A DNA stretch of 64,000 bases from Saccostrea echinata (taxonomy: Eukaryota): assembly GCF_033153115.1 (NCBI RefSeq), contig NW_026889782.1, positions 26,722,001-26,786,000 of the forward strand. Reading direction: 5' to 3'. Numbering within the stretch: the stretch's first letter is position 1; every line of letters begins with the position of its first letter. Below are positions 62,701 to 64,000 of this stretch, in pieces. Position numbers and translations under genes: made by a program. The notes below the pieces were generated by a model. The model searched no databases, was not told the DNA's origin, and saw only the letters and a list, made by a program, of their open reading frames with translations.

Positions 62701-63871
62701 CCTAGTTGATCTAATTTATCAAATACCGATTGCGGATTAGAATAAAACCAACCGGGAAATTTCCGTTTTGTTTTTCCGGTACACGTCCTTTGATGGCGTT
62801 TCAAGTGTTTGGTATTACTGAAATGACGCTGACAAGTTTAACATTGAAATTTTCTTGCATGTGCATTGAAGTTGGAGATGTACGACAAGTGGTTTTCGAA
62901 AAGATTTAAATACATAATGTTTGAAAATTTTCCTTTTGATTGATAGACAGACAGAACCGACTGATCTTCGTTTAACGAAAATATATATACACTTATTTCA
63001 AAACATTTTTCGAAATAGACAATCTGTTCTAATGTAACTCCAGGAAAAGATTTACAATCAGAATTTATTTCTGTTTGACGGGATCGGTTATATTTCACCC
63101 ATTTTTCGAATAGAATTCTAGTGCGAGATTCTAAACTCGAAGTATTGTGACCTTCGTGTACAGCTAAACAACGGAACGCACACAGATTATCTTTGTAATA
63201 CTGCCCTTTTCTGTCTTTTGATAAGGAAACTATATTACCAGATTGTTGAATGTGGTCGGGTAAAATGATTTCGCCTTTACACAACACGAAATTTAAGTGA
63301 TATATAACGATTCGTAAATTGGTAATCAAGTATGGTTTCCATTTCGTGTCGGGTCGTTGTCGTAAAATGTAATCGGTAATATTTAATTGTCTCATGCGCA
63401 AGTATAAACGGTGTAAATGTGTTCGCTTTGACACGTAAATAGGTCTATGAAATAATTCTTGATTGTGATGAGGTTTGAAATAACGATACCCGCCCGTTTT
63501 GCTATTAACCAAGATAAAACCGAATTCTAAATTTAATCGAAATGCTTTGTTTTGACGATCATAGATCTCATTTGCAGCTTGCATGATTTCTGAGACCGAA
63601 AATTGATTATCAATAGGAAAATTATAAACACTTCAAACATTTCCCTCCTGATGTCTTCTTAAATTAATAGAACTATTTGCCTCATACACTTGTTTCAATT
63701 GGTTATCAATATTCCCCCCCTTGTTCCCATGGTGGGGACCCGTTACCCCACGGTCTGGGTTTAATTGCCCTGCCCCCACTTGGAAGTGTTCATTCATTTG
63801 ATGAAGATAAAGAGTTCTTCTACAGTCAAAGGTTTGTTGACAAGTGCGGCAGGTTATACACGATTCGCATC
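59772..63871 (-). pseudogene. pPolB N-terminal and central part (A)
   Basis: Colinear with C's pPolB. IIVAVMT joins EKLFGMVEC at 19561. Splice acceptor at 63872-63873. Confidence 0.93.
60818..62090 (+). mobile_element. 5'-truncated LINE (CR1/RTE-X-like C-terminus; clade uncertain)
   Basis: KTK..YLG..YGCEVWG..SSHNLAIESGR..CELC..EDEFHFVLKC, then AATAAA and (TGAAT)n tail. Removal restores QYLSPGINYSG. No TSD longer than 2 bp. Confidence 0.88.
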
Positions 63872-63938
63872 CTGTAAAAAGAAAAGAGATGAAAAATATC
63901 ATAAATTGTGAGTTTCTCGTAACCGTATCAATGATATG

Positions 63939-64000
63939 AGTAGTATAGTGTGAGACATTATATCCAGGATTGAGGTTCAAAAAAATTGAGGTTCAGTGTA
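63939..64000 (+). mobile_element. Left terminus of a fourth Polinton (D)
   Basis: AGTAGTATAG-N5-GACATTATA-N7-TTGAGGTTC-N6-TTGAGGTTC, colinear with the start of C's TIR. Confidence 0.8.

Larger units (their letters stand above)
9081..63938. mobile_element. Polinton/Maverick element A (right end outside window), interrupted by C, D and other insertions
   Basis: Starts AGTAGTATAGAG, like C's TIR. Carries the full core gene set. pPolB halves rejoin in frame across C. Confidence 0.85.

Overview
AT-rich animal DNA, probably from an oyster or other bivalve, inferred from the Helentron-borne ~168-bp satellite. The window is a nest of Polinton/Maverick (adintovirus-like) endogenous viruses. Bases 1-9080 are scrambled Polinton debris. 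Element A starts at 9081 and runs past the window end. Element C (19568-59771; 210-bp TIRs, 6-bp TSD GTCATC) splits A's pPolB gene. A divergent element B (from ~20600, other end lost near 31945) sits inside C, and a fourth terminus D starts at 63939 inside an intron of A's pPolB. A, B and C each carry a chromodomain integrase, major and minor capsid proteins, an adenain-like protease and a pPolB; A and C also carry a packaging ATPase. Accessory genes are unusual: TBP-like in all three, three PC4-like genes, a GADD34/DP71L/ICP34.5-like PP1 adaptor, a TARG1/Poa1-type macrodomain, a RING finger, C2H2 fingers, a 2-TM protein and a multi-exon orphan. Several viral genes have GT-AG introns. Secondary insertions are two LINEs, tRNA-derived SINEs, three TA-TSD non-autonomous DNA transposons, two Helentron-like elements and a 130-bp hairpin MITE. 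All calls come from reading motifs by eye, with no database searches. Some homopolymer frameshifts may be assembly errors.
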